A DNA stretch of 64,000 nucleotides, taken from NCBI GenBank assembly GCA_964517435.1, contig CAZFEC010000001.1, positions 7,518 to 71,517 of the forward strand, read 5' to 3'. The notes below the pieces were generated by a model. It made no database searches. It had not been told where the DNA came from and saw only the letters and a list, made by a program, of their open reading frames with translations. This DNA is from an uncultured Bacteroidia bacterium (GTDB lineage: Bacteria > CAIWAD01 > BS150m-G50). Positions 27,922-37,567 of the stretch are shown piece after piece. The position numbers were made by a program, and so were the translations under genes. The stretch's first letter is position 1, and the number at the start of each line of letters is the position of its first letter.

Positions 27922-29475
27922 CTACAGGGGAATGTTGCCATGTTTCTTGCCGGGATTTGCGTCAGCCTTGTTCCGGAGCATCCGGAAGGAGTGTATCACG
28001 TTTTCACGCGTGTTTTCCGGTTCGATGACATCGTCGATGTAACCGCGCTCCGCCGCGCGATAGGGATTGGCGAAATGCTCGGTGTACTGCTTGACGTAGC
28101 CCTCTTCCGCGGCCTTGGGATCGGCGGCGGCGGCGATTTCCTTCTTGAAGATGATCTCAACCGCGCCCTTGGGCCCCATCACGGCGATTTCGGCGGTGGG
28201 CCAGGCCAGGTTGATGTCGCCGCGGATATGCTTTGAACTCATGACGTCGTACGCACCGCCGTACGCCTTGCGGGTAATGACGGTTACCTTGGACACGGTC
28301 GCTTCGCAGTAGGCGTAGAGCAGCTTGGCGCCGTGCGCGATGATGCCGCCCCATTCCTGGTCGGTGCCCGGCAGGAATCCCGGTACATCGACGAAGGTCA
28401 GCAGCGGTATGTTGAAGGCGTCGCAGAAGCGGATAAAGCGCGCCGCTTTGCGGCTGGAATCGCAGTCCAGCACGCCCGCCAGCGCCGCCGGCTGATTGGC
28501 GATCACCCCGACCGACTCTCCGTTCAGCCGGGCGAAACCGATGATGATGTTGACGGCAAAATCGGCGTGCACCTCCATGAAATCACCGTTATCCACCACG
28601 GCGGTGACCACCTCCCGCATCTCGTAGGGCTGGTTGGGATTGTCCGGTATGATACTCTTGAGGCTCTCGTCGCGACGGTTGACAGGATCGCTGCAGGCCT
28701 GGGGCGGTGTGGTTTCGAGGTTGTTCTGTGGAATGAAGGAGAGCAGACGGCGCAGCTGCTGCAGCGCCTCTACTTCCGAGTCTACGGTGAAATGTGATAC
28801 ACCGCTGCGGGTGGCGTGCGTGTCGGCACCACCCAGTTCCTCCGAGGTGACCGTCTCGTGTGTCACGGTTTTCACCACCTTGGGACCGGTCACGAACATG
28901 TAGCTGCTCTTGCGTACCATCATCACGAAATCGGTAATCGCCGGCGAATAGACGGCGCCCCCGGCCGAGGGTCCCATGATGACGGAGATCTGCGGCACGA
29001 CGCCGGAGGCCAGGGTGTTGCGCAGGAAGATATCGGCGTAGGCGCCCAGCGACACCACTCCCTCCTGCACCCGCGCGCCGCCGGAGTCGTTCAGCCCGAT
29101 GATCGGCGCGCCGTTCTTCATCGCCATGTCCATCATCTTGGTGATCTTCTGGCCGTGCGCCTCCGACAGGGAACCGCCGAAGACGGTGAAGTCCTGCGCG
29201 AAGACATAGACCAACCGGTCCCGCACATAGCCGTAACCGGTGACGACTCCGTCGCCGGCGTAGCGCTGCCGGTCCAGCCCGAAATCAGTCGCCCGGTGGG
29301 TGACGAACATATCCAGCTCCCGGAAGGTGCCGGCGTCGAAGAGCAGGTCGATCCGTTCGCGAGCGGTCAGTTTGCCTTTTTCATGCTGGCTGTCGATCCG
29401 CTTCTGACCGCCGCCCAGACGGGCCGCTTCCCGTTTTTCCTGGAGCAGTTTGCGTTTCTCTTCCATCGCTGTCAC
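27922..29475 (-). CDS. pccB: Acyl-CoA carboxylase carboxyltransferase subunit (propionyl-CoA carboxylase beta / methylmalonyl-CoA carboxyltransferase family)
   Basis: Full-length two-domain carboxyltransferase (N- and C-terminal crotonase-like halves; [10 protein letters not shown]; [12 protein letters not shown]; [29 protein letters not shown]). Confidence 0.9.
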   Translation of the reverse strand: MTAMEEKRKLLQEKREAARLGGGQKRIDSQHEKGKLTARERIDLLFDAGTFRELDMFVTHRATDFGLDRQRYAGDGVVTGYGYVRDRLVYVFAQDFTVFGGSLSEAHGQKITKMMDMAMKNGAPIIGLNDSGGARVQEGVVSLGAYADIFLRNTLASGVVPQISVIMGPSAGGAVYSPAITDFVMMVRKSSYMFVTGPKVVKTVTHETVTSEELGGADTHATRSGVSHFTVDSEVEALQQLRRLLSFIPQNNLETTPPQACSDPVNRRDESLKSIIPDNPNQPYEMREVVTAVVDNGDFMEVHADFAVNIIIGFARLNGESVGVIANQPAALAGVLDCDSSRKAARFIRFCDAFNIPLLTFVDVPGFLPGTDQEWGGIIAHGAKLLYAYCEATVSKVTVITRKAYGGAYDVMSSKHIRGDINLAWPTAEIAVMGPKGAVEIIFKKEIAAAADPKAAEEGYVKQYTEHFANPYRAAERGYIDDVIEPENTRENVIHSFRMLRNKADANPGKKHGNIPL

Positions 29476-29507
29476 CTGGCTTTATGGTTGAGTGTGATAC
29501 ACTAAGT

Positions 29508-32066
29508 CTACTCCTGTGCCCAGACGATCAATCCCGGACAAAGCGGATTCGCCAGCTCCGGATGGTGCGGCAGCACGCGTACGTTGAAGCCGAACCGTCC
29601 GCTGGCGCTGCAGGGCAGTTCACCGCGCCAGGTGGTGGGGGAACCGGCTTTGACCAACTCCATCTCCGTGGTCTGACCTTTGGGCAGGTTTCCGGAACCG
29701 TCTACGCGTCCGAAGTAGAGCTGAACGGAGACCTCTTCCGGTTTGAGACCGCCGAGAGCCACCCGGCAGGTGATTTCGACCCGGTCGCCGGAGACCAGTT
29801 CATCCAGTCCCGCCGTTTTGATCCTGGAGATTTTCACCTTCGACCAGTGCTGCTGCAAACGCTGGCGCCAGGCGGCGAAGTCGCGGGTGAGTTCCCAGCC
29901 GTTGTCGGTGAAACGCCTGGCGCGTTCCCAGCCCGGCAGGTAGTAAAGCTCACTGTATTCCTTCAGCATCCGGTCGGTGTTGAAGACAGGGCAGAGGTCG
30001 CGCAACGAGGCCTTCATCCGGTCGACCCAGAGGCGCGGCACATCATGACTGTCCCGCTGGTAGAAGAGCGGGACGATTTCATGCTCGAGCAGGTCGTAGA
30101 TGTTGTTGGCGTCCAGTTCGTCCTGCAGTTCCGGCTCGGTGTAATCCTCATCGCGTCCAATGGCCCAACCGGTCTCGGGACTGTAGCCCTCCACCCACCA
30201 GCCGTCCAGGACACTGAGATTCAGGCCGCCGTTCGGCAGCACCTTCATCCCGCTGGTGCCGGAGGCTTCCAGCGGGCGGCGCGGCGTGTTCAACCAGACA
30301 TCCACTCCCTGTACCAGAGTGCGGGCGAGGTTCATATCGTAATCTTCCAGAAAGACCATCTTCTCCTGCAGACCGTGCAGCTTGATGAACTGGATCAACT
30401 CCCGGATCAACTCCTTGCCGCTGTCGTCGCGGGGATGCGCCTTGCCGGCAAAGACAAACTGGAGTGGCCGGGACTGGTGGGAGAGCAGGCGTAGCAGACG
30501 CTCCGGATGCCGCAGCAGCAGGGTCGCCCGTTTATAGGTAGCGAAACGACGTGCGAAGCCGATGGTCAACGCACCCGGATCGAGCACCTCGGCGGCGGTC
30601 GCCACCTGCTGCCTGGAAGCGCCTTTCGCCTCCAGCTGTCGCGCCAAGCGGTTGCGCGCGAAGGAAACCAGGTTGCTGCGGAGGTTCTGGTGTACGCGCC
30701 ACAGCTCCGCCTGCGGGATGGTATCGATTTTCTGCCAGATCTCCGACTTGGTGGTACGCTTCTGCCAGTGCGGTCCCAGGTAGCGGTTGAAGAGCCAGAT
30801 CATCTCGCGGCTGATCCAGGTCAGCAGGTGGATACCGTTGGTGATCGAATCGATCGGTATCTCCTGCCGGGGCACGGCGGGCCAGCGGTGGGACCACATG
30901 CGACGCGCCACCTCCCCGTGCAGGCGACTGACGCCGTTAATGCTGGATGCGAAATTCATCGCCAGGTAGGCCATGTTGAAGGGATCGTCCGCCGCGGAGT
31001 CCTCATGATGACCCAGCGCCTGAAACTCCTTCGCGCTCAAACCGAGCGGCTCACGCAGCTGCTCCGAATAACGGGTGAGCAGCTCCACCGGGAATTCGTC
31101 GATGCCGGCGGGTACCGGCGTATGGGTGGTGAAGAGGGTGCTGTTGCGGATCAGGGTGTTGGCCTCCAGGAAGGAGAGCCCCTCCCCCTGCATCAGGTCG
31201 GCCGCCCGCTCCACGGCCAGAAAAGCGGAGTGTCCTTCGTTCATGTGATACAGCGTCGGCTGCAGGTTCATCGCGGTCAGCGCCCTTACGCCGCCGACCC
31301 CCAGCATGATCTCCTGGCGGATCCGGTTCTCCTTGTCGCCGCCGTAGAGACGCCGGGTGATGCGACGGTCCTCCGGCGTATTCTCCTCCAGGTTGCTGTC
31401 CAGCAGAAAGAGCCGGGCGCGACCGACGCGCACCTCCAGAATGCGCGCTTTCACGGTGCGGCCGGGGTAAGGCACCTCGATCTGCAGCCAGCGCCCGTCT
31501 TTACCCCGCACCGGCTCCATCGGCAGATTATAAAAATCGGTCCGGGGATAGCGCTCCTGCTGCCAGCCGTCCACATTCAGGTATTGCGAAAGGTACCCTT
31601 CCTGGTAAAGGAGTCCGATCCCGATCAGCGGTACACCCAGGTCGGAAGCGGATTTTAGGAAGTCGCCGGCGAGAATACCCAGACCGCCGGAGTAGACGGT
31701 CAGGCTTTCGACGATCCCGAATTCCATCGAGAAGTACGCCACCAGATCCCCGGCATGTTGGGAAAACTTTTTCGTGAACCAGGTGGTATCGCTCAGATAA
31801 CTGCGCAGGTTCTCCACGCACTGCTGCATATGGGCGAGGAAAGAATCATCCTGCGCCAGCTCCTGCAGGCGCTCATCCTGGCTTTCACCCAGCAGCTGGA
31901 TCGGATTGTGATTCGAACTCTCCCAGCGGTCGCGATCGATACGACCGAACAGGTCGCGACTCTCGCTGTTCCAGGCCCAGGCGAGATTGTTGGCCAGCTC
32001 CAGCAGTGGCGCCAGTTCCGGCGGCAGATGCGGTTTTACTCTGAATGTACTGACAACGGTGGTCAT
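29508..32066 (-). CDS. glgP: Alpha-glucan phosphorylase (GT35 glycogen/maltodextrin phosphorylase family, ~850-aa GlgP type)
   Basis: N-terminal DUF3417-like region followed by a GT35 core with conserved blocks (YFSMEFGI; GGLGILAGDFLKSASDLGVP; TNGIHLLTW; EASGTSGMK for the PLP lysine). Confidence 0.9.
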   Translation of the reverse strand: MTTVVSTFRVKPHLPPELAPLLELANNLAWAWNSESRDLFGRIDRDRWESSNHNPIQLLGESQDERLQELAQDDSFLAHMQQCVENLRSYLSDTTWFTKKFSQHAGDLVAYFSMEFGIVESLTVYSGGLGILAGDFLKSASDLGVPLIGIGLLYQEGYLSQYLNVDGWQQERYPRTDFYNLPMEPVRGKDGRWLQIEVPYPGRTVKARILEVRVGRARLFLLDSNLEENTPEDRRITRRLYGGDKENRIRQEIMLGVGGVRALTAMNLQPTLYHMNEGHSAFLAVERAADLMQGEGLSFLEANTLIRNSTLFTTHTPVPAGIDEFPVELLTRYSEQLREPLGLSAKEFQALGHHEDSAADDPFNMAYLAMNFASSINGVSRLHGEVARRMWSHRWPAVPRQEIPIDSITNGIHLLTWISREMIWLFNRYLGPHWQKRTTKSEIWQKIDTIPQAELWRVHQNLRSNLVSFARNRLARQLEAKGASRQQVATAAEVLDPGALTIGFARRFATYKRATLLLRHPERLLRLLSHQSRPLQFVFAGKAHPRDDSGKELIRELIQFIKLHGLQEKMVFLEDYDMNLARTLVQGVDVWLNTPRRPLEASGTSGMKVLPNGGLNLSVLDGWWVEGYSPETGWAIGRDEDYTEPELQDELDANNIYDLLEHEIVPLFYQRDSHDVPRLWVDRMKASLRDLCPVFNTDRMLKEYSELYYLPGWERARRFTDNGWELTRDFAAWRQRLQQHWSKVKISRIKTAGLDELVSGDRVEITCRVALGGLKPEEVSVQLYFGRVDGSGNLPKGQTTEMELVKAGSPTTWRGELPCSASGRFGFNVRVLPHHPELANPLCPGLIVWAQE

Positions 32067-32375
32067 AGGAACTCCCCGGCTATACCTGTGAAGTGAGACA
32101 CAGTTCAGCTGCTGCGAACTTGAGTATTAATAAAGCGTCCAGCAACAAAATGCGCACGTAAATCACCGTTTTCAGGAACGCCTTGCATGGGGACCGTGGC
32201 ACATGCTAATTCAAGATGTACAAGTGATAAGTGACGAATGAGTACTTACTTTGATTTTCTCGTTCGCATGAGGAATCGCTGCAGCAGCTCGTATCGCGGT
32301 CACGCTTGTTGTATCCCGACACATCGGGATGTGACAAGCTTCGTCACATGATAATTCCTGGGGCAAAGAATAAGC

Positions 32376-33038
32376 TTGAAGATTAAAACTCTTATTCTCC
32401 ATATTTCAATTTTTCTGATGACGCTGTTTTTCCGGTTTTTCTTCAAGCTGGAGGTAAACAGCGCGGCCAGACCGCCACAGGCGGGGCGTTTGATTCTGGC
32501 CGCCAATCACCAGTCCTACTGGGACCCGCCACTGCTGGGGGTTTCCGTGCGCCGCCAGCTGTTCTTTGTCGCCAAGAAGCAACTCTTTGCGAGGTTGCCG
32601 GTACGCCTGCTGCTGCGGTCACTCAACAGCATTCCCCTTGATCGACGCGGCCTCAGTCCGCAGACACTGCGGCGCCTGGAAGCGATCCTCGATCAGGGAG
32701 ACGCGCTGGTTATTTTTCCGGAGGGTACCCGTTCCCGGACCGGCGAGATAGGACCGGGGCGCGAAGGTATCGGTTTGCTGGCCCTGCAGACGCAGGCCGA
32801 CATACAACCGGTCTACATTGACGGCACGCGCCACGCCTGGCCGAAACTCTGGCAGCGCCGCCGTCTCTATCTGAGCTTCGGTCCGATCATTCCGATTTCC
32901 TCTTATCTCGCTGCCCCGGAACCACGCCGTGAGGTGATGCGCCGGTTGCGTGACGAAGTGATGTCCGGCATTCGCGAATTGCGGCGCCAGAGTCAGGCGG
33001 CGCTATCCGATCAGGTCGAAAGAGCCGGATCGGATTGA
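32376..33038 (+). CDS. plsC: 1-acyl-sn-glycerol-3-phosphate acyltransferase
   Basis: Acyltransferase motif I (ANHQSYWDPPLL) and motif III (FPEGTRSRTGE); N-terminal TM helix. Confidence 0.85.
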   Translation: MKIKTLILHISIFLMTLFFRFFFKLEVNSAARPPQAGRLILAANHQSYWDPPLLGVSVRRQLFFVAKKQLFARLPVRLLLRSLNSIPLDRRGLSPQTLRRLEAILDQGDALVIFPEGTRSRTGEIGPGREGIGLLALQTQADIQPVYIDGTRHAWPKLWQRRRLYLSFGPIIPISSYLAAPEPRREVMRRLRDEVMSGIRELRRQSQAALSDQVERAGSD

Positions 33039-33201
33039 TCCGCCCGTTGTACCAGGGCACCGTCGCGCCGCTCGTTAGAGTGAAAGTGACAACTATCGAT
33101 CTGAACTGTCCGATCTGAATCGTCCGATCTGATTCGGTCGATTTTAAGCGTATTGAGATCGGCATCATAAACCGTAAGACACTCGCGGGAACAGTCCCGG
33201 G

Positions 33202-36045
33202 GTGTATGCAAATCAACCGGAGGAACAAACCGAAATGCTGGAAGAAACCAAAAACCAAAACAACCAAACCCCTGAAGAAAAACCTGAGAGTACACCGGAG
33301 ACCGAAACTGAGGCCACTCCCGTCCAGCCGGAAACGGCGGACGACGCATCCCCGCCGGCCGAGGAGCAACCGGCTGCAACTGAAAGTGTTCCTGATCAAG
33401 CCGAGCAGACCGAACCGGCTGAGCAGACAGAGCAGGCTGAATCGACTGATCCGGCAACGGAAGTTGCGACTGATCCCGCAACGGAAGTTGCGACTGAGCC
33501 CGCAACACCAGTTGCGACTGAGCCCGCTGCACCAGCTGCGATTGTGCCCGCTGCACCAGTTGCGACTGATCCCGCAACACCAGCTGCGACTGAGCCTGCA
33601 ACACCAGTTGCGACTGAGCCCGCTACGCCAGTTGCGACTGAGCCCGCAACACCAGTTGCGACTGAGCCCGCTGCACCAGTTGCGACTGAGCCTGCAGCGC
33701 CAGCTGCGACTGACCCCGCTGCGCCAGCTGCGACTGACCCCGCAACGCCAGCTGCGACTGATTCCGTAGCTGAGGTTGTAACCATCCCGACCAGCATCGA
33801 GGAGATGATCGCTTCGGAAGATGTGATCTACACCGACCAGGAGCGGGAGGAACTCGCCCGCATGTACGACGACACCCTGCAGGAGATCCACGCCGAGAGC
33901 ATCATCTCCGGCAAAATCGTCGGCATCACCGACCGTGAGATCTCCGTCGACATCGGTTTCAAGTCAGACGGTGTCATCCCCCGCGAAGAAATCGACGACA
34001 TCTCCAACTACAAGATCGGTGACGAGCTGGAAGTCTACATCGACAAGATGGAGAACTCCGACGGCCAGCTGTTACTCTCCAAGAAGAAAGCCGACTTCGA
34101 ACGGACCTGGAGTGATATTCTCAGCAAGGACAAGAGCGGTGAGACACTGGAAGCGCGTTGCATCCGCCGGATCAAGGGAGGCATCATCGTCGATATCAAC
34201 GGCGTGGAAGCCTTTATGCCCGGTTCCCAGATCGATATCCACCCGGTACGCGATTTCGACGCCCTCATCGGCAAGGTGATGGACTGCCGCATCGTCAAGA
34301 TCAACGAAGCGCGCAAGAACATCGTGGTCTCCCGTAAGGTGATCATCGAAGAGGATATGCGCGAAGTGCGCGAGCGGGTGCTGAAGGAGCTGGAGGTGGG
34401 CCAGGTGCGCGAAGGCGTGGTGAAGAACATCACCAATTTCGGCGTCTTCATCGATCTGGGCGGCGTAGATGCGCTGCTGCACATCACCGACCTCTCCTGG
34501 GGCCGCATCAACCATCCTTCCGAGATCGTCAAGCTGGATCAGAAGCTGGCGGTCAAGGTGCTCGACTTCGATCGGGAACGGCAACGGATTTCCGTCAGCT
34601 ACAAAGAGCTGCAGCCGCATCCCTGGGATGGTATCGAGGACCGCTATCCGGTCGACAGCCGCGTCAAGGGCAAGGTGGTTTCCATCACCCGCTACGGTGT
34701 CTTTGTGGAACTGGAGCCGGGTATCGAGGGTTTGATCCACATTTCGGAAATGTCATGGACTCAGCACATCAAGCATCCATCGCAGCTGGTCAACATCGGT
34801 GAGGAAATCGAGTGCGTCGTTCTGGCGGTCCAGAAAGAGGATCACAAGATCTCCCTCGGTCTGAAGCAGGTGGACCCCAATCCCTGGATCGAATACGAAA
34901 CCAAATATGTTAAGAATTCCCGCCACACCGGTATCGTGCGCGACCTGGTTCCGTTCGGCGTCTTTGTCGAGCTGGAAGACAACGTAGACGGCTTGATTCA
35001 CATCAGCGATCTCTCCTGGACGCGTAACGTGCGCCACCCCGGCGAACTGGTGAAAAAGGGCGACAAGATAGAGGTGATGGTCCTCAACTTCGACAAGGAT
35101 GAGCGCCGCATCTCGCTCGGTCACAAACAGCTGTTCGAGAACCCCTGGGACAAGTTCGTCTCCGAATTCAATATCGGCGACTCGATTTCAACCGAGATCG
35201 TCAAGGTAATCGAGAAGGGCGTCCTGGTGAAAATCTACGAAGACCTGGAAGGTTTCATCCCCAACTCCAAGCTCGCCCTGGTCGACGAGGAGGGAAAACG
35301 CCGTTCGGCGCAGGAGGGTGAAACCATCATAGCCAAGGTGCTGGAATTCGACCCCCGCAGCAAAAAGCTGATCCTCTCCTCGCAGGAAGCGCGGATGTCG
35401 CAGGATGAGCGTGATGTGGCTGAGTACAAGAAGAAGTCGCGCGGCTCTGCTGCCGGCGGCACGATCGGCGATGCGATCGGTGAGGCGCTCCTGAAATCGC
35501 GGGTCACGGCCGACAAACCGGCGCCGGAAACTGAAGCTGTGCCGGAAGAGAAAGCTGAAGCCGACGCGCCCGCTGAGGTTCCGGTAGTTGAAGAGACTCC
35601 GGAAGCTCCCGCAACTGAAGCTGAAGCACCGGCGGAGACAACCGAGGAACCGGCGGAAGCTGCGGAGGAATCGGCTGAAGCTGCCGAGGAATCGGCTGAA
35701 GTTGCCGAGGAACCAGCGGAAGTTGCCGAGGAACCGGCTGAGGTTGCCGAGGAATCGGCGGAAGCTGCCGATGAATCGGTTGAAGTTGCTGAGGAACCAG
35801 CGGAAGCTGAAACAGCGGCTGATGTTGAAGAAGCGGCACCGGTGGAAGATGAGCCGGTTGCTGAAGTTGAATCAGAAGAGGTTGCTGAGGCTGTAACTGA
35901 AGAAACAGCGCCGGCGGAAGACGAACCTGCGGCAGCAGCTGAGGAGGTGCCGGCCGCAGCGGAAGAACCCGCCGCATCGGAACCGGCACCGGAAACCGAC
36001 GCTCCTGAAACTGGGACGGAACCGGAGGAGCCGGAAGAGAAGTAA
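33202..36045 (+). CDS. rpsA: 30S ribosomal protein S1 with long low-complexity N- and C-terminal extensions
   Basis: Six consecutive S1 (OB-fold) repeats with canonical spacing (SGKIVGITDREISVDIGFKSDGVIP; EGVVKNITNFGVFIDLGG; VKGKVVSITRYGVFVEL; etc.). The core is flanked by a ~190-aa Pro/Ala/Thr/Glu-rich N-terminal segment (T/A)PVATEPA x ~12 and a ~190-aa Glu/Ala/Pro-rich C-terminal tail (EEPAEVAE repeats), both encoded by 24-bp tandem DNA repeats. Confidence 0.85.
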   Translation: MYANQPEEQTEMLEETKNQNNQTPEEKPESTPETETEATPVQPETADDASPPAEEQPAATESVPDQAEQTEPAEQTEQAESTDPATEVATDPATEVATEPATPVATEPAAPAAIVPAAPVATDPATPAATEPATPVATEPATPVATEPATPVATEPAAPVATEPAAPAATDPAAPAATDPATPAATDSVAEVVTIPTSIEEMIASEDVIYTDQEREELARMYDDTLQEIHAESIISGKIVGITDREISVDIGFKSDGVIPREEIDDISNYKIGDELEVYIDKMENSDGQLLLSKKKADFERTWSDILSKDKSGETLEARCIRRIKGGIIVDINGVEAFMPGSQIDIHPVRDFDALIGKVMDCRIVKINEARKNIVVSRKVIIEEDMREVRERVLKELEVGQVREGVVKNITNFGVFIDLGGVDALLHITDLSWGRINHPSEIVKLDQKLAVKVLDFDRERQRISVSYKELQPHPWDGIEDRYPVDSRVKGKVVSITRYGVFVELEPGIEGLIHISEMSWTQHIKHPSQLVNIGEEIECVVLAVQKEDHKISLGLKQVDPNPWIEYETKYVKNSRHTGIVRDLVPFGVFVELEDNVDGLIHISDLSWTRNVRHPGELVKKGDKIEVMVLNFDKDERRISLGHKQLFENPWDKFVSEFNIGDSISTEIVKVIEKGVLVKIYEDLEGFIPNSKLALVDEEGKRRSAQEGETIIAKVLEFDPRSKKLILSSQEARMSQDERDVAEYKKKSRGSAAGGTIGDAIGEALLKSRVTADKPAPETEAVPEEKAEADAPAEVPVVEETPEAPATEAEAPAETTEEPAEAAEESAEAAEESAEVAEEPAEVAEEPAEVAEESAEAADESVEVAEEPAEAETAADVEEAAPVEDEPVAEVESEEVAEAVTEETAPAEDEPAAAAEEVPAAAEEPAASEPAPETDAPETGTEPEEPEEK

Positions 36046-36065
36046 ACTCTGTTTGTAATCAAACC

Positions 36066-36100
36066 GGCCTGCCCGCCACCAGCGTGCAGGCCTTTTTTTT
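36066..36100 (+). terminator. Rho-independent terminator downstream of rpsA
   Basis: GGCCTGCccgccaccagcgtGCAGGCC followed by TTTTTTTT, 20 nt after the rpsA stop. Confidence 0.6.
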
Positions 36101-36134
36101 CTGTACGTACCACCCCTGCGCAAGGATAATCACC

Positions 36135-37484
36135 ATGCCGACCGTCGCTGCCTATACTTTCGGTTGCAAGCTTAACCACTACGAGACCGGCGTCGCCCTC
36201 AGCCGGCTGGTAGAGGCCGGTTGGCGCGAGGTGAGCCTGTCGGAGATCCCGGATCTGGTGATCATCGACACCTGTACCGTCACCGCACGGGCGGATTTCA
36301 AGGCGCGCCAGAAGATCCGTCAGCTGCGCCGCCGCTGCCCCGGCGCTTACCTGCTGGTCTGTGGTTGCCTCGCCCAGCGGGATGCGGAGATGATAGCCGC
36401 CATCCCCGGCGTACAGCTGATTCTCGGCAACCGGGAGAAGCTCGATCCGCTCCGGCACCTCGATTGGGATCGATTTGTATCACAATCCCGCTCGATCTCG
36501 TCAACTCCGCGTAAAGCGGTGGCACCGCTGCCGAAGGGGGATCGTCTGCAACCGGTAGCGCCTCCGCAGTTCAACCGGCAGACCCGCGGCTTCCTCAAGA
36601 TCCAGGACGGCTGTGATACATTCTGCTCCTTCTGCATCGTACCCCATGTGCGGGGACGTTCCCGTTCGCTGCCGCCGCGCGATGTCGTGGATGGTGCGCG
36701 GCGCCTGGTCGAAGCCGGCTACCGCGAACTGGTACTGACCGGGGTCCATATCGGCGACTACGGCCGCGACCTGACGGAGGAGATCGATCTGGCCCGGCTG
36801 CTGAGGCTGCTGGCGGAGAGCACCTCCCTGCCGCGCCTGCGGATATCGAGCATCGAACCGTGGGATATCAGTGAAGCGCTGGTGCGCAGCATGGCGGAGC
36901 TGCCTTTCGTCATGCCGCATCTGCATACCGCGGTTCAGTCCGGGAGTGACACCGTGCTGCACCGGATGAAGCGCCGTACCAGTGCCGCGACCATGCGCGA
37001 GACGCTGACGATGGTGGAGGAGCTGCTGCCGGGCACTGCTATCGGCACCGATCTGTTGACCGGTTTTCCGGGCGAGTCAGCGGCGGAACACACTGAGACC
37101 CGGCAGTTCGTCCAGCAGCAGGCGTTCGCCTATCTGCATGTCTTCCCGTTTTCAGTCCGGGAAGGGACGCCGGCGGCGCGACTGCCGGAACAGCTACCTG
37201 CCGAATGCAAGCGGGAGCGTACCGACAGCCTGCTGCGCTTGGACGCCGAGCTACGGCGGGCGTTCCTCGAACGGCATCTCCATACCGAAACGGAGGTGCT
37301 GGTGGAGAGTAAGCTGAGCGACGGGCACTATTCCGGGCGCACCTCTCATTATATACAGGTGGCACTGCCGCAGCATCTCGTCCAGCCGAATCGCATCGTG
37401 CGCGTGCGGTTAATAGCGTTTAACGGCCGGATCGCGCTGGCCATACCGGTAGCGCACACCGCCCCGGAAACAAGCGCTCCCTGA
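36135..37484 (+). CDS. mtaB: Radical-SAM methylthiotransferase, MiaB/RimO/MtaB family (MtaB-like)
   Basis: N-terminal MTTase domain (YTFGCKLNHYET), radical-SAM CxxxCxxC (DGCDTFCSFCIVP) and a C-terminal TRAM-like domain. The ATG at 36135 is chosen because the track start at 36084 lies inside the rpsA terminator. Confidence 0.8.
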   Translation: MPTVAAYTFGCKLNHYETGVALSRLVEAGWREVSLSEIPDLVIIDTCTVTARADFKARQKIRQLRRRCPGAYLLVCGCLAQRDAEMIAAIPGVQLILGNREKLDPLRHLDWDRFVSQSRSISSTPRKAVAPLPKGDRLQPVAPPQFNRQTRGFLKIQDGCDTFCSFCIVPHVRGRSRSLPPRDVVDGARRLVEAGYRELVLTGVHIGDYGRDLTEEIDLARLLRLLAESTSLPRLRISSIEPWDISEALVRSMAELPFVMPHLHTAVQSGSDTVLHRMKRRTSAATMRETLTMVEELLPGTAIGTDLLTGFPGESAAEHTETRQFVQQQAFAYLHVFPFSVREGTPAARLPEQLPAECKRERTDSLLRLDAELRRAFLERHLHTETEVLVESKLSDGHYSGRTSHYIQVALPQHLVQPNRIVRVRLIAFNGRIALAIPVAHTAPETSAP

Positions 37485-37567
37485 CAGTCTTATACCAGCG
37501 GTTGACATATTCACGGTGAGGTGGTAGAATTCACTGCCGTTCCGGAACCGTCAGCGAGAAAGGCTCT

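Noticed and set aside
32887-33891. 334-aa and 197-aa minus-strand ORFs (and 187-aa +2 ORF) across the rpsA N-terminal repeat region
   Set aside because: These are open only because the 24-bp tandem repeats lack stops in several frames. The translations are monotonous (SRSW/CR repeats) and antisense to, or out of frame with, the S1 gene.
36084-36134. Track start (GTG 36084) for the methylthiotransferase gene
   Set aside because: That start lies inside the loop and T-run of the rpsA intrinsic terminator and adds a hydrophobic non-conserved leader (MQAFFFCTYHP...). The ATG at 36135 gives the canonical MTTase N-terminus.
35235-36458. 407-aa minus-strand ORF overlapping the rpsA C-terminal repeat region and the mtaB start
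   Set aside because: Same repeat artefact as above (Ser/Ala-rich antisense of the EEPAE repeats). It crosses a strong intrinsic terminator and the mtaB 5' end.
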